Positions 38,099 to 51,418 of a stretch of 64,000 bases of DNA are shown here, piece after piece. The translations under genes and the position numbers were made by a program. The notes beneath the pieces were generated by a model. The model did not search any database. It saw only the letters and a list, made by a program, of their open reading frames with translations, and was not told the origin of the DNA. Each line of letters begins with the position of its first letter. Position 1 is the first letter of the stretch. This DNA comes from Cycas panzhihuaensis (taxonomy: Eukaryota > Plantae > Cycadophyta). The DNA is taken from contig CM041465.1 of assembly GCA_023213395.1 (NCBI GenBank), forward strand, positions 210,869,741 through 210,933,740, read 5' to 3'.

Positions 38099-41000
38099 TG
38101 TTAGCGTGGCAGTTAATTATTAAGCCACTTAATTAATGTTAATGTGGTTTAATTATGTGAAAAGGTGTGAGCGAAAAGGTGCAATTTATTCGGAGGGTCA
38201 CAACCCTAAACGAGTGACACCTCTTGAAGAGTATATATGCCTTGAGGCCTTGTGTATTCTATCATCCAAGTTCATTGTAAAATAATCAATGATCCCTTGA
38301 GGATCCTTTTGTGGTGGTTTTTTCCTGAAAGGGTTTCCCACGTATATCCTATGTTCTGTGCATCCGCTTTTTTACAGATTTTCAATTTGTTGCTTGTGTA
38401 TGGTTAAAGATCCCGCGTTGAGAAGATCATGTATGATTTCATGTTCTCAAACATGGTATCGAGCAATAAGGTCCCCGTGAAGCTTGACGGTGAGCGGGCG
38501 GTGTGATCATTGGTTGCCGTGAAGCCGTCGACCCAAGACAAGTCTTGAGGGTTCATCAACCCCAACATCGTGCGTACAAGCACATCAAATCAATGGTGGT
38601 TGAAGCGGTGGAGATCACTATTCAACAGTGTAAGGGTTATTGGAGTCGATTCAGCGCCAAGACCACGTTTGTGGTTGGAGTTGGCTTGTTGGGGTCATCC
38701 GTCGGTTGATGATCTGTTGAAGTGATTCAAGCAAACAAAACACGCATTGATGGTGATTCAGCGACTTTAAGAACAGCCAAGCGTGTGTACATGTAAGTTT
38801 ACTATATTTCTCATCAAAATACCATAAAAATCGATAAAAAATGGGTCGTTTTTTATACTGCTTGCTATCAAACCTTTGTGTAAGCACCAGTGGACGTGAT
38901 TGAAGGCCAAATTGGCTGCTTTCTGTCTAAATATAAGTGTTGGGTTGAAGTTTACAGCAGTAAAAGGCTATTTTCATTGTTTTTTTCTGTATTTATGAAG
39001 ATTTTGGAGACTCGTGTACATATATAAAGCCTAAAACAGCCCTATAGAGGCTAGCCGGGCATTTATTAACAGGCCTAGGGATGTTTGAAAGCTGGCTGGG
39101 CTGATTTGTCATTGCTCGGGTCCTTTTAGGACCGGCCGGGCACTCTTTGTGACCGCTTCAGGACTGGCTGAGTTGTTTTCTTGGCGTCCGAGCACCTTTA
39201 GAAGCCGGCTGGGTCATTTTCAAGGAGGTTGTTTGCCTATTAAGGTCTGATTTGGCGTTGATCCAAGGAGGTTGGGCGCTTTGTATGCTGGTTTGTTGAT
39301 AACTGTGGCTGTTTAGAGGCTATCCAAGTACTCAGCAGACATGTCTTGGCTGCGTTGAAGCCTTACCAGTCGTACGGATGATATAGACCACTTGGTGATA
39401 GCACATAAAGCAGCAGGGTGTGTTGAACAGCCACGTCCCTCTCCTCAAGTAGTGTGACTTTTGGAGGATGCTTAAGCATGTGACTTAAGTTAAAAAGGCA
39501 TGAGTTCCTTGAAAAGTCGTCACTTTTGGAATATGCCTTTTGGCATATTCCAACCTCAATTCATCTTTATAAAAGCCCTTTGAACCATTGATGCACGTCA
39601 ATAGTGAGAGATACTTGATGTGTCCTTGAGCCATTTCGAGTGCAAATCAAGGAGTTTTTTTGTGATTTTTTGGCTTGGAGACCGTGCACCGTCCTTATGT
39701 AGAGTCGTCTTTGTATTGGAGCACTTGTTTTTTAGTCGTTTTGAGTGTCGAGTGTGACATTTAATGACTATTTAAGGTCGTTTGTTGACGGACAAGGGGA
39801 GAAAAACAGTCGATGACTCACGTAACGTGGGTATAATTCGTGTTGGGACCCTTTGGAAGCGTGCTCGTGAAGCAGAGGAGGTCACAAGGGTGCATTTTCG
39901 TCCTTAATACGTTTGTTTGGTGTCGTGTACTTCATATTGTAGCCAGATATTCAAGATGTAGAAGCTTATGCCTAAGGTTATCTTTAACGGTAACAATTTC
40001 AGCGAATGGAAGACTAATATGGAGCTTATTTTGATGGTGAACCAACTCTGCGGAATTACCAAGGCAAAGCTTGATTCAGTCCCATTTGACCATAAGGAGC
40101 GTATCAAACTTGAAGAGAAGCAATATATGGTCGTTGGATTACTGAAACTCTCACTGACGACGGACCAGAGGGCTCTAGTTCATAATCTAGATGACCCAGC
40201 CGAGATTTGGACAAAGTTGTGTGATACGTTTGAGAAGAAGAAGACAAATAGACGTCTTGCTCTGATGTTGGAACTACTCAATTCAAAAGTCGAAGATGAG
40301 AACAATATCAGCTCCTACTTGAATAAAATAACCGACTTGAACAACAAGCTAGAAGAGTTAAAGCATAGCTCGATCGATGATGCGCTCTTGTTTGCGATAA
40401 TCATGTCGAAGCTGCCAACTGCGTTCGCCACATTCCAGACCATTTACGGTAGAGACGAAGTGATGGAGGCAGAAACTTTTGACGGGTTCAAAAACTTAAT
40501 TCTAGTGGAGGATGCCAAGCTCAAACATCATGGTTTGCTTGGAGGTTCTGGTTCAAGTCAGGCCTTAGCCATGAAAACTCAGAGGAGGGAGGCCCCTAAG
40601 GAGGAGAAGATCACACAAAGGTCTGGAGAAAGCTCTCAAGACAAAAAGTTTAATGGAAAGTGCAATTACTGCAAGAAGGATGGTCACCGTGAGAAGAACT
40701 GTTGGTTCAAACGTCGTGATAAGCGCAAAGGTAACCAGGATGATAAAGGAAAGAGTGTTGCTGCTCATTGCGTCCAAGCGCAGACCTTGTCAGCCGAATC
40801 AGATCGGAGAGGCTATTGGGTACTGGATTCTGGAGTGCAGAAGCACATCTCTTACCATAGGCAAAACTTTGATACGTTGAATGCAAATCAAAGTGGTGCT
40901 CAGATCGTTCTTGGAGATGCTCGCGTGTTGCTGGTAGATGGTATCGGTGACGTTTCCATTGCAGGAGGAAAGTTTTCCGGGGTATATTATGTACCCAAGA

Positions 41001-44000
41001 TGCAGTTAAACCTTCTCGCGCCGGAGATCTGCAAACAAGGTATGAAAGTGGAGCTCTATGATGATAAGTGCCTGATAAAGGACCCAAAACAGAACTTTGC
41101 TGTCATAGCTACCGAGAAAGTCAGGGACAACTTTTGGGTGTTTGAAAAGTTCCAATCTCAGAAGAAGTCCTATGCCTTTGTTGCCAGTGCAGACGACGAA
41201 AGTAAATTGTGGCACAATCACCTTGGGCACGTTAATTACAGGAGTATTGCACTACTGAAGAGGTTCAAGATGGTGGAAGGACTACCGTTAGTTACCTGCT
41301 CGAATGGTGTATGCGAAGGATGCACGTATGGCAAGCATCATCGCTATCCTTTTACTCGGGATAACACCCGAAGAGCCAAGGAGAAGCTAGAGCTTGTACA
41401 CTCAAACATTATGGGACCACTCCCAAACCCTTCGATATCAGAAGCCCGATATACACTTGTGTTTGTAGATGATTACACCAGGAAAGCCTGGGTTTATTTT
41501 CTCAAGAACAAGTCAGACGTATTTGATCACTTCCGTGAGTGGAAAGCGATGGTTGAAAATGAAAGTGATAAGAAAATAAAAACTTTACGAAGTGATAATG
41601 GTAAGGAATACGACAATAATGTGTTCAATCAGTTTTGTCGCAACCATGGTATAAAGCGAGAGTTTACAGTCCCATATACCCCACAACAGAATGGAGTTGC
41701 TGAAAGAAAGAATCGTACCATGATGGAGATGGCAAGGTGTATGGTGCATGCTAAAAACCTGCCACCGAAGTTTTGGGCGTGTGGCGGTCATTGCTTATAT
41801 TTTAAATCGGGTACCCACTCCGACAGTTCGTAGCATGACCCCCAAAGAGAAATGGACCGGTCAGAAGCCTACCATTAGCCATTTGAGAACGTTTGGGTGT
41901 ATAGCGTACGCCCACATCCTTGATGATACCCGCAAGAAGCTGAATCGAAAGAGTCTAAAGTGCATATTCATGGGGTATTGCAGGGAGAACAAGGCCTACA
42001 GACTATAGAATCCACAGGGGGAGAAGATTGTGGTTAGTCGGGATGTTAAATTTGACGAGTTATCAACGTATCATGCTGAAAGAGCATCAGATGAACCTTT
42101 TTACCCTCGCCTTCTCCCATTCCCAAATTCTTCAAGCGAAGAGGACGATGAGCCAGTCGTTGTAGCACTTGAGGAAGCAGGACCAAGTGGGACGCGTAAT
42201 AGTGAGGAACCGCCACAAGTAGAAGTACTTCTAGCAACGGGTCCTTCTATACCTTTATGGGCAGGGAAAACTCTTGAAGATTCCGGTGTGGCGATGTAAA
42301 CCCTTATTGATGATAGACGAACCAAAAGTCAGCAGGCCAGTCGAACTCTGCTGGTCGACACCAATGACTCCAGTGATCCTGAATCGTTTGTTGAAGCGAA
42401 AGGAGATCCAAGATGGAGAGCTACAATGGAGGAAGAATATGGTTATCTGATGAAGAACGATACGTGGGATTTGGTTCCACTACCTCCATCGAAGAATCTT
42501 GTTGGATGCAAGTGGGTCTATAAGACAAAGTTTCGCTCAAATGGAGAGGTGGACAAGTACAAGGCCAGACTTGTTGCGCAGGGATTCAAGCAGAAAGAAG
42601 GAATTGACTATGAGGAGACGTTTGCACCGCTCGTAATGACAACGGTCTGCTTACTCATTTCCTTAGCAGCTGCATTAGATTGGGAATTACACCAGATGGA
42701 CGTTAAGTCTGCATTCCTTAATGGGGATCTAAAGGAGGAGATATACATGTCGCACTGGGATTCATTAAGGATGGCCAGAGCATCTTGTTTGCCGCTTGAA
42801 GAAATCAATCTATGGTTCAAACAAGCACCCCGTGCTTGGTATGAGAAGATGGATGCCAAGTTGAAAGTTGAAGGTTTTGAAATTTCAGAACTCGACCCAA
42901 ACCTGTATGTGAAAAGAAGAGGGATTTCCGTAGTTGCTTGTGTGGTGTATGTGGATGATCTAATCATTGGCGGTAATCGTGGCAAGGCTATAGCTGAAGT
43001 CAAATCCAAATTGGGAGCTTCATTTGACATGATGGATCTTGGGAAACTTCACTATTTCTTGGACATTCAGATCAGGCAGATGGAAGATAGGATCGTGTTG
43101 TTGCAGTCACAGTATGTGAAGAACTTACTGGAGAGATTTGGGATGCAGCACTGCAAACCTGTTGCAACACCATGTGTCAAAGGCGCAAGATTGCAGAAGG
43201 ATATGGCCCAACCTTCTGTAGATGTCACAAAGTATCGTCAATTGGTAGGGAGTCTCATTTATTTGACTCATACCAGGCCAGATATTGCATACGTTGTTGG
43301 ATTGGTTTCCCGCTACATGCAAAATCCACAAGAGCCTCATTTGGTGGCAGCAAAGCGGATTTTGAAATATCTAAAGGGGCCAATCAATTTTGGTCTTGAA
43401 TACTGTAGAGGTGAGAAGATCAGGTTGCATGGCTACACGGATGCTGATTGGAGAGGAGATTCCGACGATCGAAAGTCCACTGCTGGATACCTATTTCGTA
43501 TTGACAATGGATTTGTTTTGTGGCAGTCGAAGAAGCAACAGACAATGGCGCTATCTTCTACAGAAGCAGAATATCAAGGAATCAGTGCTAGTGTGAAAGA
43601 CGCAGTATGGTTGCAAGGTCTCTTGGAATTTCTTGGCATTTCCAATGGACATCCGATTCTCTTTGTTGATAATCAGAGTACCATTCATCTGTCGAAGAAT
43701 CCAGAGTTTCATGTGCGTACAAAGCATATCGAAATTCAGCACCATTACATTCGTGACCTGATCAAGTTAGGGAAACTGCAGGTGGACTATTGTCCGAGTG
43801 AATTACAACTTGCGGACGTGTTTACCAAGCCACTCACTGAAGACCAATTCACGAAGATGCATATTGGATTAGGACTCACCGATGTTATCCTTGAGGGGGG
43901 ATGTATCAACAAGGATTAAAAAGTTGCAGGATAGTCCCAGCCTTCGTGATAGTTCAACTGTTGCACGTTGCAGATTCCCCACATTCACATTAAGGGGGGA

Positions 44001-44357
44001 TGTTAGCGTGACAGTTAATTATTAAGCCACTTAATTAATGTTAATGTGTTTTAATTATGTGAAAAGGTGTGAGCGAAAAGGTACGATTTATTCGGAGGGT
44101 CACAACCCTAAACGAGTGACACCTCTTGGAGAGTATATATGCCTCAAGGCCTTGTGTATTCTATCATCCAAGTTCATTGTGTAATAATCAATGATCCCTT
44201 GAGGATCCTTTTGTGGTAGTTTTTTCCCGAAAGGGTTTTCCACGTATATCCTGTGTTCTGTGCATATGTTTTCTGTATTTTCAATTTGTTGCTTACTGTG
44301 TATGGTTAAAGATCCTGCGGTTGAGAACATCTGTGTATGATTTCATATTCTCAAACA
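38099..44357 (+). mobile_element. Full-length Ty1/copia element (copy 2, same family as copy 1) inserted in the 3' LTR of K
   Basis: LTRs 38099-38453 and 44001-44357, TSD ATACA, PBS TGGTATC-GAGC, PPT AAGGGGGGA. Confidence 0.97.
39968..43919 (+). pseudogene. Copia gag-pol of copy 2, few lesions
   Basis: 621-aa gag-PR-INT ORF (CNYCKKDGHREKNC, WVLDSG, LRSDNGKEY, PQQNGVAERKNR) and 497-aa RT-RNase H ORF. Confidence 0.95.
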
Positions 44358-45555
44358 ATACAAGTGGATTCATATTGGAGCTTTTGATCGATTTATCGTC
44401 TCCTTGTTTATTGAATGTTTTAATGTGCATGTGTGAGCGGAATTGGAACCTAAGTCTAAACAAGGGCTGATCATTCTTCCTTTCATAGACAGGAATGATT
44501 AAATGATAATTGTTTGTCACAAACATGCACTAGTGTGTATGCATGTGTGTACGTGCACATATGGATGTACACACACTAGCATATACATATACATGCATAT
44601 GAATTCCTTGGATTTCAAAAAATGCTTTCATAGCAATTATTTGCCACATGCATGTAAAAGTGTGTGTGCGTGTGTATGTGCACACAATTTGTTTGTATTT
44701 CAGGTAGGTGCTCCCCTAAAATCATTCAAATTCCAATGCAAATATGTACTAAGCTTGGAGTTATGTAACTAGCAAATTGCTGATGATTCATGAGAGTCCA
44801 ACTCGATATTGTGATATGCTCAAATTTTGTACAAGTCACTTATTTAAGGTTAAAACTTTTACTTTTTTTGTGCAAGGCATTTGTATGTTTTAAACAATTA
44901 TGAACATGCATATTTCCTTAAAAACATCGTGTGTTTCCTTTTTTATGTGACTAAAGTGTTTTTCCCTTCTCCTGAGCCCCATCTTTTATTCGTTTTTTTC
45001 ATAACATGGACACCATGCTTAAATCATGCAATTGGCTTAATGCAGATTACAAAAAACTAAAAGTGCATAGTATCAAGCAGTCAGAGGTCCAAGCGAGTCC
45101 TACAGAAGGCAATAATTGTCAAAGGGCCAAGGGCGAGCTCTTGGAAGTCCCATAGAAGGTAACAAATATCGAAGAGACAGAATCGAAGGCCCCTACAAAG
45201 GGATGCACAGATGAGCTGTTTAACATCTGAACACATCATGATTCTGGGCTAACCTCCGCCCTCGGCACCTCTATGGTATGCCGTTCTCGAATTGCTTACA
45301 CAAATTAGGGCATCGTTTTTGTGGCCTGATTGTTCTCGGAGAATTAGGGCATGAAGCAAACTCATCACTGGGTTGGCTTCTATTGCTGTGGGCGCATTTG
45401 AAATGACTCCACGGGATTTGAAATGGTCACCACCAATTGGATATCACGAACCACTAAACCAGTAGACCAAACCTGCACTATCGAACTTTGAATATAATAT
45501 ATATGAAATTACAGCTTCCGACCTGCTGTATTTAAGAAGAGAAAGAAAGACATAC

Positions 45556-45749
45556 GCATGCATCACAGTGTCGGGCTCCAGGAAATGGTCCTCACAACCG
45601 TAGCCGGTAATTTCAAGCTCCGGACCCACTCTCAGTGCAGCTCCTGCCTCCTTGGCCTTCAATATTGACGTCTTGATATGTTGCAGATTGCATTGAAAAT
45701 CCATTGCCCATTGATTAAGGTTGCACGTCGCAACCTTCAACAACCTCAT
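45556..45749 (-). CDS. QNS1: Glutamine-dependent NAD(+) synthetase, first coding exon (nitrilase-type glutaminase domain start)
   Basis: [65 protein letters not shown] matches the plant NAD synthetase N-terminus; homology stops at a phase-2 donor GC|GTATGT. Confidence 0.95.
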
Positions 45750-46200
45750 TTTAATAATCCTCCAATACAATCCTCGGCGATTTTCAACAGGATCGCTTCA
45801 GAAAATAGAGACTCCGGAACCCTGTAAATTCAACGCAGAGCCCGTGAATCCTGCGATTCCTGTACAAGGAGGGGGCTCCGATAGAATGGTTTTCGACAAT
45901 TATGCTGTGATCCTTGTAATCTGGGAACGAAGGAACGTGTGAGGCATTGTATAATGAATGACCATGGGTGTAAGGTGATGCGGTGGAGCCTATGGTGTAT
46001 TCTCAGATCACACCAAGCAAGACAAGTAGAACGCAAGGACCATTCTATTTCTGAAGATTTTTCTGTTTTGGTATATGCATTCAATTAAAGTGTATGCGGA
46101 TATTAGACATTCTGTGCTCTCTAGGACTTCACGGTCATGTGAATCATTGACCCACAAACCGATTAATATGGTAATTGACCCTATGAGTGAGGATATATTC
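45750..46200 (-). promoter_or_regulatory. Probable 5' UTR and core promoter of NAD synthetase
   Basis: CpG-retaining unique sequence upstream of the ATG, followed by an extremely AT-rich tract from about 46200; TSS not determined. Confidence 0.5.
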
Positions 46201-47899
46201 TATTTTACTTCTTGTTTTTTCCTCAATTTTTTTCTTTTTTTTTTTTTTCATTACTCATTACTCAGTCTTATTGTGGATGTTGAATATTTGTGGACCTTTT
46301 TTTTTTTATAAATACATGTTTGGAGTAAAATTTATTTTTTAATGTATATTTAAATTATTTTTATTTATTTTGAAATATTTTGTATTCTATATATTGATAT
46401 TAATTGTAACAAAATAAAATTTAATATTTATAGTTCTTATAGAAATAATATTTTAAATATAAATATATTAAGAAAAATAATATTTATAATTTTTTTGAAA
46501 ATTTTATATTGAAAAATAATATTTCAAATATGTGAATTATATAATCCTTTAATTTTAAAGGATAATATCTTACTTAAAATATAATTATATTTATTTATTT
46601 ATATTTATCAAATTTCATGTGTAATTGTATTATGATATTTGTATATATGAAATATATAATTATTTAATTTTAAATGATGATATTTTAATTAAAGATAGCA
46701 TTATATTATTGTGCTTGACATATATTTCAATAAAATTTATAATTATACCACTTGAATTTAACTTACAATGTGAGAAAAATAATCAACTTTTTTGTTTAAG
46801 TGAATATTTAAGGAATAATTTTTTTTTTTAATAGACAATACTTACAAAAGAAAGATAATAGGGGAAAGGAAGTAAAATATATAAATTAGGTGAATATCCC
46901 AAATATAATTACATATTTATGACAGCAATTTATTCATGTTCATGACCCTTAAGCATAATAATGAGACAAAACAAATGTAGAAGCATAAATAACTAAATTA
47001 TATTTTGCCGTACTCAGTTCACATGAAAGAAAACTTTTAATGTATTAAGGCCATCTTCTATATTTACATTTTAATATGGTTGTTTTCTTATGCAATGTTA
47101 TTAGTGTAATATTACTTATATTGTATATTTATTTAATAAAATCCAATTAGTAATACATTGCTATTATATCTTGTACAGGATAATTTAATGTATTACAGAT
47201 AAATTGCATAACATTAATGTTTAAAAATATATATAAATAAATGAGATTTATTAATTCATATCCATATTTATAATGAATTTTACAAATGAAATGCATTAAC
47301 TATTTTTAGAACTTTAAAATAAAAATAAAAATAATCGACATAAAAACCATAAATACAAACACAAAATACTAAAATTCAAACATGAAATTTGATGAAAATA
47401 TAATGCCTAAATTATGAAGAGATGGGTTTTCTTGTAAAATAGTGTGTTGAATGCTTGTATGTTACTTGTTGACATAATGATTAGTGTAAAGCCTATATAG
47501 CATAGATATCTAAAACAAGATTGCATACATATCAAAATAAAGAATCCATATATTTCACCTTTAAACATAACAATAAATAAAAATAATATGAGAGCACAAA
47601 TAACTTAAACACAAATATATGCATATCATAAGAGCTAATATATTAAAGAGACATTCAATAGGGTTTATAATTGTATGTATACTTGTAATTTGATGTAAAT
47701 CACTTTAAATCTTATAATATTATCAATGAATTCAACATTATCAATCCTCTCTTATACATTATCCCTTTCCCTAATATTCATCAATATTATAGTACTTTTA
47801 ATAGGGAGTTGTTAACAACATTTTGATCTATCTAGCATGTCTATAAATTGTCTGAAAAGGAACTTACTTATTTACTTTTAAACTCTATCTTCATCCTTT

Positions 47900-47903
<4 letters not shown>

Positions 47904-47941
<38 letters not shown>

Positions 47942-47942
47942 T
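47904..47942. repeat. (TG)n microsatellite
   Basis: About 19 TG units with one interruption. Confidence 0.95.
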
Positions 47943-50900
47943 AGTGCAGAACTTATAACAACATAGATATTTTAAATGAAATTACATGCTTATTATAATA
48001 ATGAGTCCACATATATCACCTTCTAACATAACAATGAGAAAAAATAATATGGGATCACAAGTAACTCGAACACAAATACATGGCTATCATGGGAACTCAC
48101 ATGTTAAATAATTATTATTTATTAGGTAACGATCCATTAGCATTGCAAATCCCATCAACTAACATGATCTCTCTAATCACTCATCTTAATAGTGCTAAAT
48201 TCTTACAATAACAAACATCATGTATTCAATAGGAAAGATATAAAACACATAAAGGAGGCCTTAAAATATCAATCATTTATTTATAAGAGAAGGATTTTCC
48301 ATCCAATGTATAGTAAATCCTTCCCGTGGGATATACAGATAGTGCCAAGTATAAATCACATTGTATATTCCTTAAAATTGTAATGATTTCAAATGTTAAC
48401 TAACTATCTTCTTAACTTATAACTATTACATTCCATATTATGATTACATATGACTTTTTATTACAAAATGATTGCCTTCTATCATAATTTGTTGCAACTT
48501 GTTATAGTCTATCGTAATCTACAGTCATGCTTTAATTAACTGTGTTGTCTTTAGACACCAGCGAGGTCTTGTGCCTTATCCTATTTGTTATTGGGGTTTA
48601 ATTATATGATTACATGGTGATTTAACAACCTACTTGGCATGATGGTTGAACGATCTCATACTGATTACACTTATGCTCAACCATTATTACTTATGATGCA
48701 AAGATCATAAAAGAGTTTAATAAAAGTGGCCTATCCCAACTTCTTCCAAAGCTCTGCCTTGCCTTTATGTTGTACTCTTTCAACACTCACTTTTACTTAA
48801 CAAGTTTCACTTCTTTTTACTCATTTTTACCTCTCGAACTCCCTACTCTACTTCATGTACCCCTCCATTAGCTTTATGCTTTACTTTTTACTAGACATTA
48901 TCCTATTTTTCTTGAAATTTTTTGACAAAATCTCATGTTTTTGGTCTCTTTTCACAAGTCGTATTTTTGGGCCTACCTAAAAACATGACCTGCTTCCTAG
49001 AATGTGAGCTACTTACAACATAAAATATAACCTATAAGTATCTCACATTTTTAGGACTTTTTAGCTTGCATTTTTCATTATAAGTCATGTTTTTCATGTT
49101 CTTGCATGAAAAAAATATATTATGATAGGCTATTTTTTCCTTTCGTATAGATATTGGTTTGTGGAAAACTACACCACTACCTTGCCATGGTTGTCTAATC
49201 TCACCTCCTCCTTTTTTCTCTATAAAACCCCATTCATTTTCTTCAAAAAATAGAGGAGAATATATTTTGAAATGAAGTGCTACTAGATGTTGGACTCAAC
49301 CCTTGTGACCATCACTTGTACCTTAAAGAAGCCTATTTTGAAGCCTAATCTCTAGCCATTGATTAAAGGAATTAAAGACTTAGGGCTACTCACATTCAAC
49401 TTCACATTCTTTTCTTCCTTTGGCTATATCTTATTCAAATATTTCCTTCTTCTTCATGTACTACTTTTCATTCATGCTCCTTCTCTTCTCTTGAGACTTG
49501 TTCCTTTACTTCTTATAACTTGTTGGAGCTTTGATTTGAAGAGCTTAGAGAGCTAATGTATTGATCTAAAGCACATTTTAATACTCTCCTCAAGTGTACA
49601 TTTTCTTGTGGGTAAGTTAATATATTTCACTTCTGTTTTTTCTTATTTTCTTGTTAAATTAGTAGTTAGCTTGTAGTTTGAATTAGTTTACAACATAGGC
49701 TAGACTTCTCTTATGATATTTTTGTTTGCAAAGAGTTAGCTTTTTTTTTTTTTAGCTTCTACTTAAGAGTGGGGAACTCTTAAGTCTGTAAGTTCCAACT
49801 CATAACTTAGAAGAACCATACATATCTAGCCCTAGTGCTAAGGGGCTCTTGAAATAGGTGAGTGGCTTATCTTAAGAGTATAAGATAGAGAGGCTTAAAT
49901 CCTCCCTTCTTAAGGTTTTAAGCTCTTTTACCCCCCTACCTTATTCTCATATAATTCTTGAAGTGTAGTAGAAATACTGTTGAGATTATGAAAAAGAGAC
50001 TTATTTCAAATTGTTTCTAGTTTAGTATTTCCATCATATTGGTTATAACATGCATGGTAGTGAGTGAATCTATCCTACCTACATTAGATCATTACCTAGG
50101 TGATGAACCCATCATTTGAGAACTCCTACAAACAAAGGATTATAAGGTAGGCCTTTCTTTCTTTATTATTTTTTCCCTCCTTACTCTTATTTTGTTTTAA
50201 TTTTAAAAAATACAAAAAGAAAAAGGGAAGCAACAAAAGAAAGTGTCTTTTTGATAGTTTTAGTTACTTTGATTGTTTGACTTGGTGATGGTTTAAAAAT
50301 TTAAAGCAACCAAGATAAATGTAAGAGCATCTAAAAGAACCCTTTCTTTTTTTCTTAGTGGTGTGCTGAATATAGATAAATCTTATTAAAAAAAGAAGAA
50401 GGAAAAGAACACAAATGCATAAGTTGCATTAGGTAGAATCATATTAAATTAAGTTAGTACTTTTTAGTGCTTGATAGGATTGATTATTACTTATTATTTG
50501 CACTAAAAAGAGATTTGCATCCTAGATTTACACTTTGGATTTGGTTTCTTTTATTTTTTGCATGTCATTCATGGGTTAACACCCATCCCTTCATTTAGGA
50601 CTTGTTTTATTGACTAGGACTTAACATCCCCAACATACAAGCTTGTCCTGTTCTACCAATAAATACCTCCCATTACTAAGGGATTTTTTATTGACTAGGA
50701 CTTGACATCCATGACGTATAAACTTCTTTTTCTTTAGGATTATTTCTATTATTGTGTTTTGAACACTAAAGGTGTTAGCTTGCCATCACACTTTGGGTTG
50801 AAAGTGGTCCTCTCTTCTCTCTTATATTCATTCTCTAAGTGCAATAACTCATTAGAATTAGATGCGGGTATCTTTGGGCTATCCATCCTCATCAGTAGAT

Positions 50901-51418
50901 CATCATTAGGTGAGAAAGTCCTAGTGATTGACCCCTCGATAGGGTTATTAATTTAGGGTTTGAGCTCTCTTGGGTCCTTACACTCATCAATCCTCTTATG
51001 CTTTAACTAAATCATCGTAGACTCGTTTCCCTTTGGGTGAGATAATAATCTAAGTTAGGGCATTACTTTTAGAAAGATATTTAGGGGGTAGATGACCCAT
51101 AAGAAAACCTAGATTATTTTTTAGGGGCAAAGACCCCATCGATCCTCCCATATATTGGAATACTGTTTAATCTCCTCCCTAAGCTAAAGGAGAGCTTACT
51201 TGTGTGGATTATTTGTTTTGGATTGATTATATCTATCAAAACCCAAGCTAAAGGGGACCTTAATCTAGATTTATTATTTCTTGATTTAAGTTTATTTTGT
51301 AAATGGTAAAATAAATAAGCAACAATTTTGATTTTGCTTACTTACTTGCTCAATACACATCGAGAGAGTTATCCCTCCTTCTTAAGGGAAGGGTTAAGGG
51401 TCCCCCTTGAGATATATC

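Larger units (their letters stand above)
30356..44485 (+). mobile_element. Internally deleted copia K, host to two nested insertions
   Basis: 5' LTR 30356-30812 followed by PBS TGGTATCAGAAC; 3' LTR 37767-38098 plus 44363-44485; TSD TAGAC (30351-30355 and 44486-44490); decayed RT/RNase H at about 36470-37760 (QMDVKSALLNGDL, FCDNHS, HARTKHIEV). Confidence 0.9.
1..45555 (-). other. Inferred giant intron of NAD synthetase (more than 45.5 kb, runs off the window)
   Basis: GT donor at 45555; expected continuation (W-E-C-L-like) not recognised downstream in the window. Confidence 0.7.

Noticed and set aside
44520-44690. Possible miRNA-like hairpin in TG/CA-rich sequence
   Set aside because: Low-complexity alternating purine-pyrimidine tract pairs trivially
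45444-45555. ORF-track extension of NAD synthetase (YVFLSLL...) and upstream MYWRIIK
   Set aside because: Read-through past the GT donor and a non-ATG start; no homology
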